From NCBI GenBank assembly GCA_964409615.1, contig CAYPDT010000001.1:307880-371879 (forward strand): a DNA stretch of 64,000 nucleotides. Direction: 5' to 3'. Of this stretch, positions 48,299 through 57,313 are shown one piece after another. Position 1 is the first letter of the stretch, and each line of letters begins with the position of its first letter. Both the position numbers and the translations under genes were made by a program. Below the pieces are notes generated by a model. The model ran no database searches and was not told where the DNA came from. It worked only from the letters and a program-made list of their open reading frames with translations. The stretch comes from an uncultured Candidatus Saccharibacteria bacterium (GTDB lineage: Bacteria; Patescibacteriota; Saccharimonadia; Saccharimonadales; AWTP1-31).

Positions 48299-48760
48299 TT
48301 AGTTATCTTGGTCATTTCGCATGAGTCGCAAGCGTGGAACAAAGCCCTTATGTTCCTGGGCGTACGCTGCTGCTCGCTCGGCTATCCTCTCAGGAGTCTC
48401 AAATTGAGCTGTTCTCTCCATAAGCTCTTCGTTTACTACATCCCTTCTTCGACCTGCATATACCGCTTCTGATATTCGATTGACGAGACTTGCGCTTCTA
48501 AACGGAATAGTTACGACGGGTACCTGATTGGCCTGCTCAATCTGTTCGGCCTCTAAATCGTCGACATTTGACACTACTACACCTTGCGCTTGCAAATCAC
48601 GCTCAAGTGCGTCGGAAGCCATTTCGCCTACTACCCCTGCTTTTCTGCTGAGGAAATCGGCAAGTTCGGTGTCTCCAGCCTCTAAAGCTCCGCTCACCCC
48701 AAGAATTGCATCATCGTATGTTAGAAACATATTTGAGCCTTCAATATGCATAATAAGCAT
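48299..48760 (-). CDS. Hypothetical acidic protein
   Basis: A 153-aa ORF with no motif. The start may be the internal MFLTYDD. Confidence 0.45.
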   Translation of the reverse strand: MLIMHIEGSNMFLTYDDAILGVSGALEAGDTELADFLSRKAGVVGEMASDALERDLQAQGVVVSNVDDLEAEQIEQANQVPVVTIPFRSASLVNRISEAVYAGRRRDVVNEELMERTAQFETPERIAERAAAYAQEHKGFVPRLRLMRNDQDN

Positions 48761-49004
48761 ATTATACTACTTTTTTATATTTTTGTCTATTCTTAGTATG
48801 TTCCGGCCGCTTCGCCCATTGCACTGTTGCTGATGCCATCGATGCGCATAGTTCTACGACTGTCAGAGCTTGGGTGCTGCCTTGCTAGTTGCTCGCTCCT
48901 GTTCTTAGGGTTATAATTCGCCATATAAAGAGTCTCGAGGTAACTAGCTCGTCGAAAGACGTTGCTATCTTTATTTCAGCAACTCATAATGTGAAAGGTA
49001 GTTT

Positions 49005-49439
49005 ATGGCTAATCAAGCAAAAAAGAATCTATATGTTGGCTGCGGCTTAACGCTTGCACCACAAGAATTTAAAGACAGAGTCGAAGAACTAAAAACCGCA
49101 TTGGGCCAGGACTGGCATGTCATGGAATTCTTAGGTCTCGTGGATGGTACTTCTGCAGACGTTTACCAACGTGACATTGTTGATAACGTAGGTGGCTGCG
49201 ATGCCTTTGTTGCTATTGCCGACGAACCAAGCATCGGCTTGGGTTATGAACTGGCCGTAGCCGCAGAAGTACATGGTATACCTGTTCTTGCTACAGCCCA
49301 CGTAGACTCTAAAGTCACTCGCTTACTACTCGGTGCAGCCGAGGTACTACCTAACGTTACCTTCACACCATACCAAGACATGGTGCATGACGTTCCCGGA
49401 ATTGTCAGAGCTCAGTTTGCTTCTGTCTTAGAAGCGTAG
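49005..49439 (+). CDS. Nucleoside 2-deoxyribosyltransferase-like fold protein (tentative)
   Basis: LYVGCGL...CDAFVAIADEPSIGLGYELAVAAEVHGIPVLA follows the family pattern of a flavodoxin-like fold with an acidic residue followed by a GxE-type motif. Confidence 0.4.
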   Translation: MANQAKKNLYVGCGLTLAPQEFKDRVEELKTALGQDWHVMEFLGLVDGTSADVYQRDIVDNVGGCDAFVAIADEPSIGLGYELAVAAEVHGIPVLATAHVDSKVTRLLLGAAEVLPNVTFTPYQDMVHDVPGIVRAQFASVLEA

Positions 49440-49513
49440 TTTTAACAAGCTCAGCCTTAACTATTCCGAACAGACCCAAGGTGCATACATGATATGTTCT
49501 GGGCTACTTAGAC

Positions 49514-50839
49514 CTAAGAGCGTGCTCTGTATACCCTACGTGTAGCATCTGAATACGGATGTACTTTTTCATCTGTCGCCGTGACGGCATCAATGGCAAC
49601 AAGTCCGCTAAGCAACACATGTATCCGGTGGTGCCCAATTTCGCGTCCGTACCGTTTTGCCAACTCACCACGCATGTCTTTGGACGTCTGCGGGCCTGTG
49701 CTTAAGATTTCTTTCATTTGCCTCATGAGCTTAGGGCTGCCGTGAAAATGCCCTGTTTTTACCGCCGAGAAGCGAGCTGCTTTTGCAGCTAATTCACGTA
49801 CTTGGTTAGTATTTTGTGCGAGTTGCTCGGCAGGCTTGGCATACATAGTCAGATTTTCACCAGCCAAAATCTCTCCTACTGCTGCCACTAACTCACCGAC
49901 TGAGTCTCGTATATCATCAGCTAAAGTGACTACACTCAAATCTGTGATTGGCATGCCATGTCGATCAACTAGCCTAAGCCCCGGAAAATGATTGGTATCT
50001 GTAGATAAACTTCCGATTATATAACGCCTCATCAGAACGGGGTTGATACTAGGTGCATGCTGAAGCGCTTTTTCTACCAACTCATTTACCGAGATACTTG
50101 TATTACTGCCAAGCTTTTCAAAAACAGCATAGGCTGCCTGGGTTTCTGGAGTTGTTTCAGACAGCTTAATTGCAACATGACGATATTCTGGGTCGGTAAT
50201 AGTAATAATCGGGTCGTGGTCAAACTTCTTGGTGCGGACCACTACAATACCCTCTTGCTTTAAGGTATCAATTTTAGTTGACAGTGTTCTTGGGTGATGA
50301 CCTTCTGTTGCCATGACGGCACCGAGACCTGCAATCGACTGCTCGGTACTTGCATCACCTAGTAAGTCGTATAAGCGATGCCTAACCATTGGCGACCGAG
50401 CATCATCACCGCCACCTACTCTGTAGAGTTTTTGTACTGATAAATCAGGATTGTCGAGGCCCCAAACAGTGAATAAGCCAATGAGAGCTTGGCGAACTAA
50501 CATCTCTTCGGGCGAACCAGCAGCCACCCATGCCGCAACTTCTTTCCCACGCTCGCCTGTGGTTATATCTTGCTCGACAATACCACCTTTAACTAGGCTA
50601 CGCTCGCTGTATTGAATAACATCTTTAGCAGTAAGTTTCCAAACTGGGTCTGGGCCTTGCCAGGCATTAGAAGTTCTGGCTACAGCGGTTGCAGTTAGTA
50701 ACCTGCCTGCTTCTTCCATATAGACATTGCTCACCACAGTTTTAAGTTCATGATTCGCAGCATAATCAATAAAACCAGCTACTGCGGCAATATTCGGTGC
50801 GTCTTGGTATGGTAAGAATTCCGTACTGGACATCACCAA
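49514..50839 (-). CDS. Hypothetical protein
   Basis: A 441-aa ORF with no recognised motif. Confidence 0.55.
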   Translation of the reverse strand: MVMSSTEFLPYQDAPNIAAVAGFIDYAANHELKTVVSNVYMEEAGRLLTATAVARTSNAWQGPDPVWKLTAKDVIQYSERSLVKGGIVEQDITTGERGKEVAAWVAAGSPEEMLVRQALIGLFTVWGLDNPDLSVQKLYRVGGGDDARSPMVRHRLYDLLGDASTEQSIAGLGAVMATEGHHPRTLSTKIDTLKQEGIVVVRTKKFDHDPIITITDPEYRHVAIKLSETTPETQAAYAVFEKLGSNTSISVNELVEKALQHAPSINPVLMRRYIIGSLSTDTNHFPGLRLVDRHGMPITDLSVVTLADDIRDSVGELVAAVGEILAGENLTMYAKPAEQLAQNTNQVRELAAKAARFSAVKTGHFHGSPKLMRQMKEILSTGPQTSKDMRGELAKRYGREIGHHRIHVLLSGLVAIDAVTATDEKVHPYSDATRRVYRARS

Positions 50840-50930
50840 ATTATATCATATTTATAGGGTTTTTACAACTGTCTTACCACTTAGAACAATGGCAACATCT
50901 GCGATTTCTCAGTATGTTATGTATGCATTG

Positions 50931-50964
50931 TGGTGTAGTACGCCCGGACGGATGAACGCTACGC
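50931..50964 (-). repeat. Degenerate copy of the 3' end of tRNA-Arg(TCG)
   Basis: TGGTGTAGTACGCCCGGACGGATGAACGC against the tRNA 3' end TGGTACACCCGGACGGATTCGAACCGC (plus-strand reading). The exact core is CCCGGACGGAT. Confidence 0.55.
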
Positions 50965-51057
50965 TACTCCCTGCGTCACTTTCTCGGAGCAAGCTCCTGC
51001 GATAGTGACTTGTGATCGAACCTGCGGTTCGGATTCGCGGTGCGAATCTACCAATTC

Positions 51058-51087
51058 AAAAGCCCTCCTTGCAGAGGGCACTTGAAT
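51058..51087 (-). terminator. Rho-independent terminator immediately after tRNA-Arg
   Basis: The minus strand reads GCCCTC-TGCAAG-GAGGGC-TTTTGAATT directly after the ACCA end. Confidence 0.7.
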
Positions 51088-51164
51088 TGGTACACCCGGA
51101 CGGATTCGAACCGCCGACCCTCTGTTCCGAAGACAGATGCTCTAATCCACTGAGCTACGGGTGC
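51088..51164 (-). tRNA. tRNA-Arg (anticodon TCG), CCA encoded
   Basis: The reverse complement folds as follows. The acceptor GCACCCG pairs with CGGGTGT. The D arm is GCTC/GAGC. The anticodon stem is TCTGT/ACAGA with loop CTTCGGA. The T arm is GGCGG-TTCGAAT-CCGTC. Confidence 0.85.
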
Positions 51165-51225
51165 GTACAACAGGGGTGATTATACAGGGTAAATAGGTTT
51201 GGGGCAACTGTAAGGCGTAAACAGC

Positions 51226-51798
51226 TTATTTATCTTTAGCGTCGGATTTGTCAGTTTGCTGCGGAGCGGGCTTGAGCATCTTGGTATCATACTGCTTCTC
51301 GGACTGCTTGAGCGACTTATCTAGAATATCTAAAACCGATTTGGCGTGCTCTTTACTCATGCCAATCCGTGCAACTGCTAGCGGCTGCGCACCCTGTTGA
51401 CCGGGCTGACCTGTCCCCTGAAAGAAGTTCATGACCACCCCAAAATCGTTAATCATCACATGTACCATGTCGGTATACACAACTCGCAGGTCCATGGGCA
51501 TCATCATAGCCACTGGCTGGCCAAGATCAAAAATAGTACCCTGCCCTTGTTTCGCATCGTTATAGCCGGCCAGTTCCCAGAGGGCAGCAGCGTCTTCTTC
51601 TTTAATTTCTAGATAACTAATCAAGACCATCAAGGTATCTTCGGCCGGGCGTTGCTCACCACGCTCAATTTGTTTAAAGGTTGCTTCGTCTAGTTCGATT
51701 GCGCCGGATGCTTCTGCAATAGTGCGCTTAAGGGAGAGTCGAGCTGCTTTAATTTTGGCACCAAGCGCCTGGTATGGGTTTCCCAAATCTTTGTTCAT
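51226..51798 (-). CDS. XRE-type HTH protein with C-terminal DUF3467-like domain
   Basis: The start is placed at MNKDLGNPY (ATG 51798). The HTH pattern is LGAKIKAARLSLKRTIAEASGAIELDEATFKQIERGEQ. The C-terminus VVYTDMVHVMINDFGVVMNFFQ...VARIGMSKEHAKSVLDIL resembles DUF3467. Confidence 0.6.
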   Translation of the reverse strand: MNKDLGNPYQALGAKIKAARLSLKRTIAEASGAIELDEATFKQIERGEQRPAEDTLMVLISYLEIKEEDAAALWELAGYNDAKQGQGTIFDLGQPVAMMMPMDLRVVYTDMVHVMINDFGVVMNFFQGTGQPGQQGAQPLAVARIGMSKEHAKSVLDILDKSLKQSEKQYDTKMLKPAPQQTDKSDAKDK

Positions 51799-51897
51799 CA
51801 GGCTATATTTTACTCTGATATGCAAACCTAAGCAACTTGAGTCGTAGGTTAGCCGTTGCGAGCATGCATGATGCGGTATGATATATACATAATGCAC

Positions 51898-52923
51898 ATG
51901 CTTAAAAATGTTTCTTTGGCCAAACACTCCACTATGCGTTTGGGAGGTAAAGCCAAATTCTTAACCGAAATAACCGACAAAGACCATATTGAAGAAGCCC
52001 TGGTTTGGGCAGCTAAAGAAAAATTACCCGTAATGATGATTGGTGACGGAAGCAATATTGTCTGGGGTGATGCCGGTTTTGCAGGCCTAATTCTAGTCAA
52101 TCGTATCAAGGGCATTAGCATCGCAGAGCATGATGAAGACGAAGTGTACGTACGCGTTGGCGCCGGTGAAAATTGGGACAAAGTAGTGGCACGAACGGTC
52201 AGTAAAGGCCTGCATGGCATTGAAGCCTTGTCGCTCATCCCAGGTACGGCCGGTGCAACACCCATCCAAAATGTTGGAGCTTATGGTCAAGATGTTTCTC
52301 AAACGCTTGTAAGTGTCGAAGCTTATGACGCTAAATTACAAACCCACATCACAATTCCCGCCGAGTCGTGCGGGTTTGGATATCGGACCAGTCGCTTCAA
52401 GACAAAAGACAGAGGTCGATTCTTTATCACCTCTTTGGTTTTCTGCTTGCAACGGACCAACCCAAAAAGACCGTATTATGATGCCGTGCAAAAGTATTTA
52501 GATGAAAAAAAGATACCAACCGTAACACCTAAAGTCATGCGCGATGCTGTCATCGCTATTCGCCGCGCAAAACTACCAGACCCAGCCAAAGTTGCCAACA
52601 ATGGCTCATTCTTTGCCAATCCTATTGTAAGTGAAGCGCGGTTTACTCGAGTTTCTGCCCAGTACCCCGATGTGGCACATTGGCCAATGCCTGGTGGCAC
52701 TTACAAGCTATCGGCAGCTTGGCTGATTGAAACTGCTGGCTACAAAAACTTCCACGACTTACGAACCGGCATGGCCACCTGGCCAACTCAACCACTAGTG
52801 CTTGTTAATGAAAAAGCTACTAGCACCGCTGATGTACTCATTTTCCGAAACCGTATCGTAAACGATGTCTATCACAAATTTGGCGTGCGACTACAACAAG
52901 AGCCAGAGCTCATCAACCCGTAA
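51898..52923 (+). CDS. murB: UDP-N-acetylenolpyruvoylglucosamine reductase MurB
   Basis: LAKHSTMRLGGKAKF, IGDGSNIVW and the C-terminal KLSAAWLIETAGYK support the call. The start is placed at ATG 51898 (MLKNVSL). Confidence 0.85.
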   Translation: MLKNVSLAKHSTMRLGGKAKFLTEITDKDHIEEALVWAAKEKLPVMMIGDGSNIVWGDAGFAGLILVNRIKGISIAEHDEDEVYVRVGAGENWDKVVARTVSKGLHGIEALSLIPGTAGATPIQNVGAYGQDVSQTLVSVEAYDAKLQTHITIPAESCGFGYRTSRFKTKDRGRFFITSLVFCLQRTNPKRPYYDAVQKYLDEKKIPTVTPKVMRDAVIAIRRAKLPDPAKVANNGSFFANPIVSEARFTRVSAQYPDVAHWPMPGGTYKLSAAWLIETAGYKNFHDLRTGMATWPTQPLVLVNEKATSTADVLIFRNRIVNDVYHKFGVRLQQEPELINP

Positions 52924-52940
52924 TCCATTAGCTAGGCCCA

Positions 52941-54206
52941 TTAGCTAGGCAATGGGAATTGGAGCGCGAATTCAGTAATTTCGCTGTGTAGTTTTGCGAG
53001 TAGCTTTTCGTCGTTGTGATGCTTTACGGCAGCTTCAATCCAATCTGCAACTTGCACCATCTCGGCTTCTTTCATACCACGCGTAGTTAAGGCTGGTGTA
53101 CCTAGACGAATACCACTTGGGTCAAACGGCGAACGTGGATCAAATGGAATGGTGTTTTTATTTACCGTAATACCGGCCAGGCCAAGAGCTTTTTCGCCTT
53201 GTTTACCACTTATGCCCTTATTGTTGAGGTCAACAACCATCAAGTGGTTGTCAGTACCACCAGTGACCAGATTAAAGCCGCGAGACATTAGTTCGTCGGC
53301 CAGCTTCTTGGCATTCTTGGCAATCTGCTTACCATACTCTTTAAATTCGGGTTGTAATGCTTCACGAAGCGCAATGGCGATGGCAGCCGTTTGGTGGTTA
53401 TGAGGGCCGCCCTGCAAGCCTGGAATAATGGCGCGGTCGATAAGTGAAGGGATGTTTTCGACAGTACGTTCTGGCTTCTTGAGCGGATTAGACGGGTTGC
53501 CGTTAGCCAGTATTAATGCGCCTCGCGGGCCACGCAGCGTTTTATGTGTAGTCGTCATAGTTACGTCAACAATACCAATTGGCGAAGGATGCACACCTGC
53601 CACGACCAAACCGGCAATGTGTGAAATATCTGCTGCTAAAAACGCACCGACCGAATCAGCTATTTCGTGTAGCTTCTGCCAGTCGATAATTCGTGGATAT
53701 GCAGTAGTACCGGCCATTATCAGCTTAGGCTTTTCTTTCAGAGCCAGCTCTGCAATTGCGTCATAGTCCATAAAGCCATCTTTATCCGTAGTGTATTGTA
53801 CCGAGCGATACAATGTACCAGAGAAGTTTACTTTAAGACCGTGGGTCATATGACCACCATAGTACAAGCTCAGACCCATGACAGTATCACCAGGGTCAAC
53901 AAGAGCGTAATAGATTGCTTGGTTAGCGGGACTACCTGAATACCCTTGCACATTCGCATGAGTTACACCGAATAGTTCTTTAGCACGATCACGGGCGATA
54001 TTCTCGACTTGGTCGACAAATTCACAACCCCCGTAATATCGTTGCCCCGGGTACCCCTCTGAATATTTATCTGTTAGGCGAGAGCCAAGCGCCTCTAAAA
54101 CATCGCCCGATGTATGATTCTCGCTGGGAATCATCTCTAATCCCTGTAGTTGTCGTTTAGTTTCAGCGATGATAAGTTTTTGTATGTCGGTATCTTTTAT
54201 TGCCAT
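52941..54206 (-). CDS. glyA: Serine hydroxymethyltransferase
   Basis: Has LEMIPSENHTS, YSEGYPGQRYYGGCEFVD and the PLP site TTTTHKTLRGPRG. Confidence 0.95.
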   Translation of the reverse strand: MAIKDTDIQKLIIAETKRQLQGLEMIPSENHTSGDVLEALGSRLTDKYSEGYPGQRYYGGCEFVDQVENIARDRAKELFGVTHANVQGYSGSPANQAIYYALVDPGDTVMGLSLYYGGHMTHGLKVNFSGTLYRSVQYTTDKDGFMDYDAIAELALKEKPKLIMAGTTAYPRIIDWQKLHEIADSVGAFLAADISHIAGLVVAGVHPSPIGIVDVTMTTTHKTLRGPRGALILANGNPSNPLKKPERTVENIPSLIDRAIIPGLQGGPHNHQTAAIAIALREALQPEFKEYGKQIAKNAKKLADELMSRGFNLVTGGTDNHLMVVDLNNKGISGKQGEKALGLAGITVNKNTIPFDPRSPFDPSGIRLGTPALTTRGMKEAEMVQVADWIEAAVKHHNDEKLLAKLHSEITEFALQFPLPS

Positions 54207-54380
54207 GGCAAGAGTCCTCTGTAGTTAGGTTGAATGGAAAGTAAAAGACACGTTAAATCATGCTTATATAGTACTGCATTTTTGACAATGTGGGTACGTA
54301 AATAATGCTACAAACAGTGCTCCCTACGCTACATATAGTGCTTGTATTTAATATCTCTCGTGATATACTAATCGCTGACT

Positions 54381-55904
54381 ATGTCGACAACCAACCAGAA
54401 AATCGGCCAACTAATTTACCAGATAAGGCAAGATCGGGGTCTAACCCAGGCAGCCTTCGCCAAACAACTCGGCACCAGCCAATCTGCTGTTAATCGTATT
54501 GAACACGGCAAACAAAACCTTAGCCTCGAGACACTTGGGCGTATAAGTGATGTGCTTAATAAGCCAATTATCCAGATTGGCAAAGCCGGCGTAAACCTTC
54601 GCGTCGAGGGTGGCCACGAACTACACGGTAGCATCACCCTTAAAAAGAGTAAGAATGCCGCCGTAGCCCTACTCTGCGCAGCATTACTCAACCACGGTGT
54701 CACACGCTACAAAGCATTCCCTCGAATCGAAGAAGTGAATCGAATTATCGAAGTACTAGAGAGCATTGGCGTTAAAATCAAATGGCTACCAGGCAACGAT
54801 ATCGAGATTCGTCGGCCAGCCGAACTAAACCTCAAAGCAATCAATGCTGAGTCTGCCCGCAAAACTCGCAGTGTCTTGATGTTGCTTGGCCCTCTGATGC
54901 ATGAGCTCAATTCTTTTAACATCCCTTACGCTGGTGGCTGTAAACTTGGCACCCGAACCGTCGAACCACACTTATTGGCACTCGAACAATTTGGGGTTGG
55001 TGTTGTGGCGCACACTGGGCACTACGAAGTAGTTGTCGACAAAAAACTACCCGAAGATCAAGTTGTGTTGTATGAAGCCGGCAACACAGTAACCAACAAT
55101 GCACTTATGGCCGCTGCTCGAAGTGAAGGCACTACCGTTATTCATGGGGCGAGTGCAGACTACATGGTGCAAGATTTATGTATGTTCCTTGTTAAATTGG
55201 GCGTCAAAATCAGTGGCATTGGTTCACCAGTCTTAACCGTTAAGGGTGTGTCGAAAATTAAGAAAAATCTTACTTTCGAACCGACCGAAGACCCCATTGA
55301 AGCAATGTTCTTTATCTCCACAGCCATAACCACTAACTCCCACATCACTATCTGCCGTGTACCAATTGACTGGATTGGGCTAGAACTCTTCAAGCTGAAA
55401 ATGATGGGGTTGCAGTACAAGACCACTCCACGTATTCGAGCTGCAAACGACGTTACCGACTTGGTAGACCTCGAAATCGAGAAGCACAACGGCAAGCTAA
55501 GCGCACCTCATGATAAGCTACATCCTAACCTCTGGCCTGGCATTAACCCCGACAATATTCCGTATTTTGTGCCAATCGTAGCGGTCGCAAAAGGGCGAAC
55601 TCTGATTCACGACTGGATATTCGAGAACCGAGCCATTTACTATACCGAACTGACAAAAATTGGCGCAAACATCGAGCTAGCCGACCCACATCGTATTTAT
55701 GTACAAGGCCCGACTAAGTTCACCAAAGCTGATGTGGTCTGCCCACCAGCTCTCCGGCCTGCCAGCTTATTACTTATTGGTATGCTTGCGGCCGAAGGAA
55801 CATCCATCTTACGAAACGTCTACACCATTAATCGTGGCTACGAAGATCTTGCCGAGCGACTGAATAGCTTAGGTGCTAAAATCACCGTTCTAAACGAAAT
55901 CTAA
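54381..55904 (+). CDS. murA: UDP-N-acetylglucosamine 1-carboxyvinyltransferase MurA with N-terminal XRE-type HTH domain
   Basis: The N-terminal ~65 aa is an HTH (IRQDRGLTQAAFAKQLGTSQSAVNRIEHGKQNLSLETLGRISDVL). A MurA/EPSP-fold body follows: LRVEGGHELHGSITLKKSKNAAVALL, the active-site loop AGGCKLGTRTVEPHL, and the C-terminus RGYEDLAERLNSLGAKI. Confidence 0.85.
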   Translation: MSTTNQKIGQLIYQIRQDRGLTQAAFAKQLGTSQSAVNRIEHGKQNLSLETLGRISDVLNKPIIQIGKAGVNLRVEGGHELHGSITLKKSKNAAVALLCAALLNHGVTRYKAFPRIEEVNRIIEVLESIGVKIKWLPGNDIEIRRPAELNLKAINAESARKTRSVLMLLGPLMHELNSFNIPYAGGCKLGTRTVEPHLLALEQFGVGVVAHTGHYEVVVDKKLPEDQVVLYEAGNTVTNNALMAAARSEGTTVIHGASADYMVQDLCMFLVKLGVKISGIGSPVLTVKGVSKIKKNLTFEPTEDPIEAMFFISTAITTNSHITICRVPIDWIGLELFKLKMMGLQYKTTPRIRAANDVTDLVDLEIEKHNGKLSAPHDKLHPNLWPGINPDNIPYFVPIVAVAKGRTLIHDWIFENRAIYYTELTKIGANIELADPHRIYVQGPTKFTKADVVCPPALRPASLLLIGMLAAEGTSILRNVYTINRGYEDLAERLNSLGAKITVLNEI

Positions 55905-55924
55905 CCCCGCACTTTACTCAACTG

Positions 55925-55943
55925 TCCAAGGTCCGACCTTGGA
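55925..55943. repeat. 19-bp palindrome copy 4
   Basis: TCCAAGGTCCGACCTTGGA, 20 nt after the murA stop. Confidence 0.9.
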
Positions 55944-55968
55944 AAACGAGCAACACAATACAATGGTT

Positions 55969-55987
55969 TCCAAGGTCGGACCTTGGA
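55969..55987. repeat. 19-bp palindrome copy 5, abutting the GT2 stop codon
   Basis: TCCAAGGTCGGACCTTGGA is immediately followed by CTA, the stop of the minus-strand gene. This is the same arrangement as copy 1 at ruvC. Confidence 0.9.
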
Positions 55988-57313
55988 CTAAACTGCGGTG
56001 CGGGCAGCACGCACGGGCGAAACCCAGCTGCTCTCGGAGTACCCTCTACGCAATACTTTATGGGGTTTAGCAACAACCCTAAATATCGCTACAATCTGCA
56101 CTACATCCATAATATAAAAGACAAAATACATCAGTGGCGCATACATACTCTGAACCACTTTTTGCCGACGTGTTAAGTGCTCGTCGGGCCAGATATTAGA
56201 CAAGACGTACGCCGTAATCGTAATGTATGCACCGATAAACAATACACCCGTCTGTTGACTGATTGATATGTACAATACATACCCTAAAATTATAGGTTCG
56301 AGTAGTAGAGCAACTTCACTCAAGAAAGCTACGGGCATTCGATAAATGGTGAGCATCTTCTGGTATTTACCACTGGCATTGCCGACAAGATTTCGGTACT
56401 TAAATAGGTTTTGAATCATACCTAACTTCCAGCGATATCGTTGCTTGAGTAAGTCTTTAAATGTCTGCACTGGCTCGGTCATAGCAAGCACATCAGCGGC
56501 ATAGACAATTCGCCCCGCTTTACCATAGCGAGTGATAATCTTCATACTCAAACCAATATCTTCGGTTTGAGTATCGGTGTCATACAATTTTACTGCTTTT
56601 AAAACTTCAGCACGATATGTAGAGGCAACCCCGCCAACAATAATCTCGCAATTTGTAAGAGTGTAGAACTTCTTTGAACGGTAACCAATCATATGCTCAA
56701 AGCGCTGCAATAAGCCAAGTACAGTTGGTGTTTCAAGCAGTTTTACATTAGCTGCAACACCTAGCACAGATTTATCGTCAAAATAGGCTACTGCGTTCTG
56801 GATAGCATGAGCCTCCAGCAGACAGTCGGCATCGAGTGTCATAATTAACTGGCCACGAGCATACGTCGTAATGCAGTAATTAAGGCCTGCGCCTTTGCCA
56901 ACATTTTTTCGTCGACTCACTAATCTCAACTGCATATCTGGATGAGCACGCTTAAAGGCCCGCACAATCTTGGCCGTAGAATCTGTACTTTTATCATCGT
57001 GCACAATTACTTCCACGTGACGATAGGTATTGTCATAGATTGATTGTAAACACTGCTCAATAGCAAGCTCTTCATTATGCGCTGGAATGACTACAGTCAC
57101 CAGCTTCTTAAAAGAAGGGCTTGCCCCGCGCAAACGGTTATGCAGCCACCAACTATACTGATTCAAAAATTCTTTAGCTTTAGAGGTTTTCTTCTGTCGA
57201 GCCACCTTAATGTCGTAGATATTTGCTCCGATAACAAAGAGCCCTAAATGTAAGAAATTCATGGTACCAACAACTAGGAAAATATAGACGAGGATTTCTT
57301 GTAGCAATCTCAT
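55988..57313 (-). CDS. Processive family-2 glycosyltransferase (PgaC/IcaA/cellulose-synthase-like)
   Basis: VVIPAHNEE, DADCLL, TEDIGLS and QRYRW (the QxxRW motif), with TM helices at both ends. Confidence 0.85.
   Translation of the reverse strand: MRLLQEILVYIFLVVGTMNFLHLGLFVIGANIYDIKVARQKKTSKAKEFLNQYSWWLHNRLRGASPSFKKLVTVVIPAHNEELAIEQCLQSIYDNTYRHVEVIVHDDKSTDSTAKIVRAFKRAHPDMQLRLVSRRKNVGKGAGLNYCITTYARGQLIMTLDADCLLEAHAIQNAVAYFDDKSVLGVAANVKLLETPTVLGLLQRFEHMIGYRSKKFYTLTNCEIIVGGVASTYRAEVLKAVKLYDTDTQTEDIGLSMKIITRYGKAGRIVYAADVLAMTEPVQTFKDLLKQRYRWKLGMIQNLFKYRNLVGNASGKYQKMLTIYRMPVAFLSEVALLLEPIILGYVLYISISQQTGVLFIGAYITITAYVLSNIWPDEHLTRRQKVVQSMYAPLMYFVFYIMDVVQIVAIFRVVAKPHKVLRRGYSESSWVSPVRAARTAV

Noticed and set aside
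51849-52302. ORFs 51849-52265 (-) and 52093-52302 (-)
   Set aside because: They are antisense to murB, which has clear family motifs. Their translations are low-complexity and have no motif.
36-55987. Whether the five palindromic 19-mers represent a CRISPR array
   Set aside because: The copies are tens of kb apart except for one pair, sit in separate intergenic regions, have no regular spacers and have no cas genes nearby. This is a dispersed palindromic element, not CRISPR.
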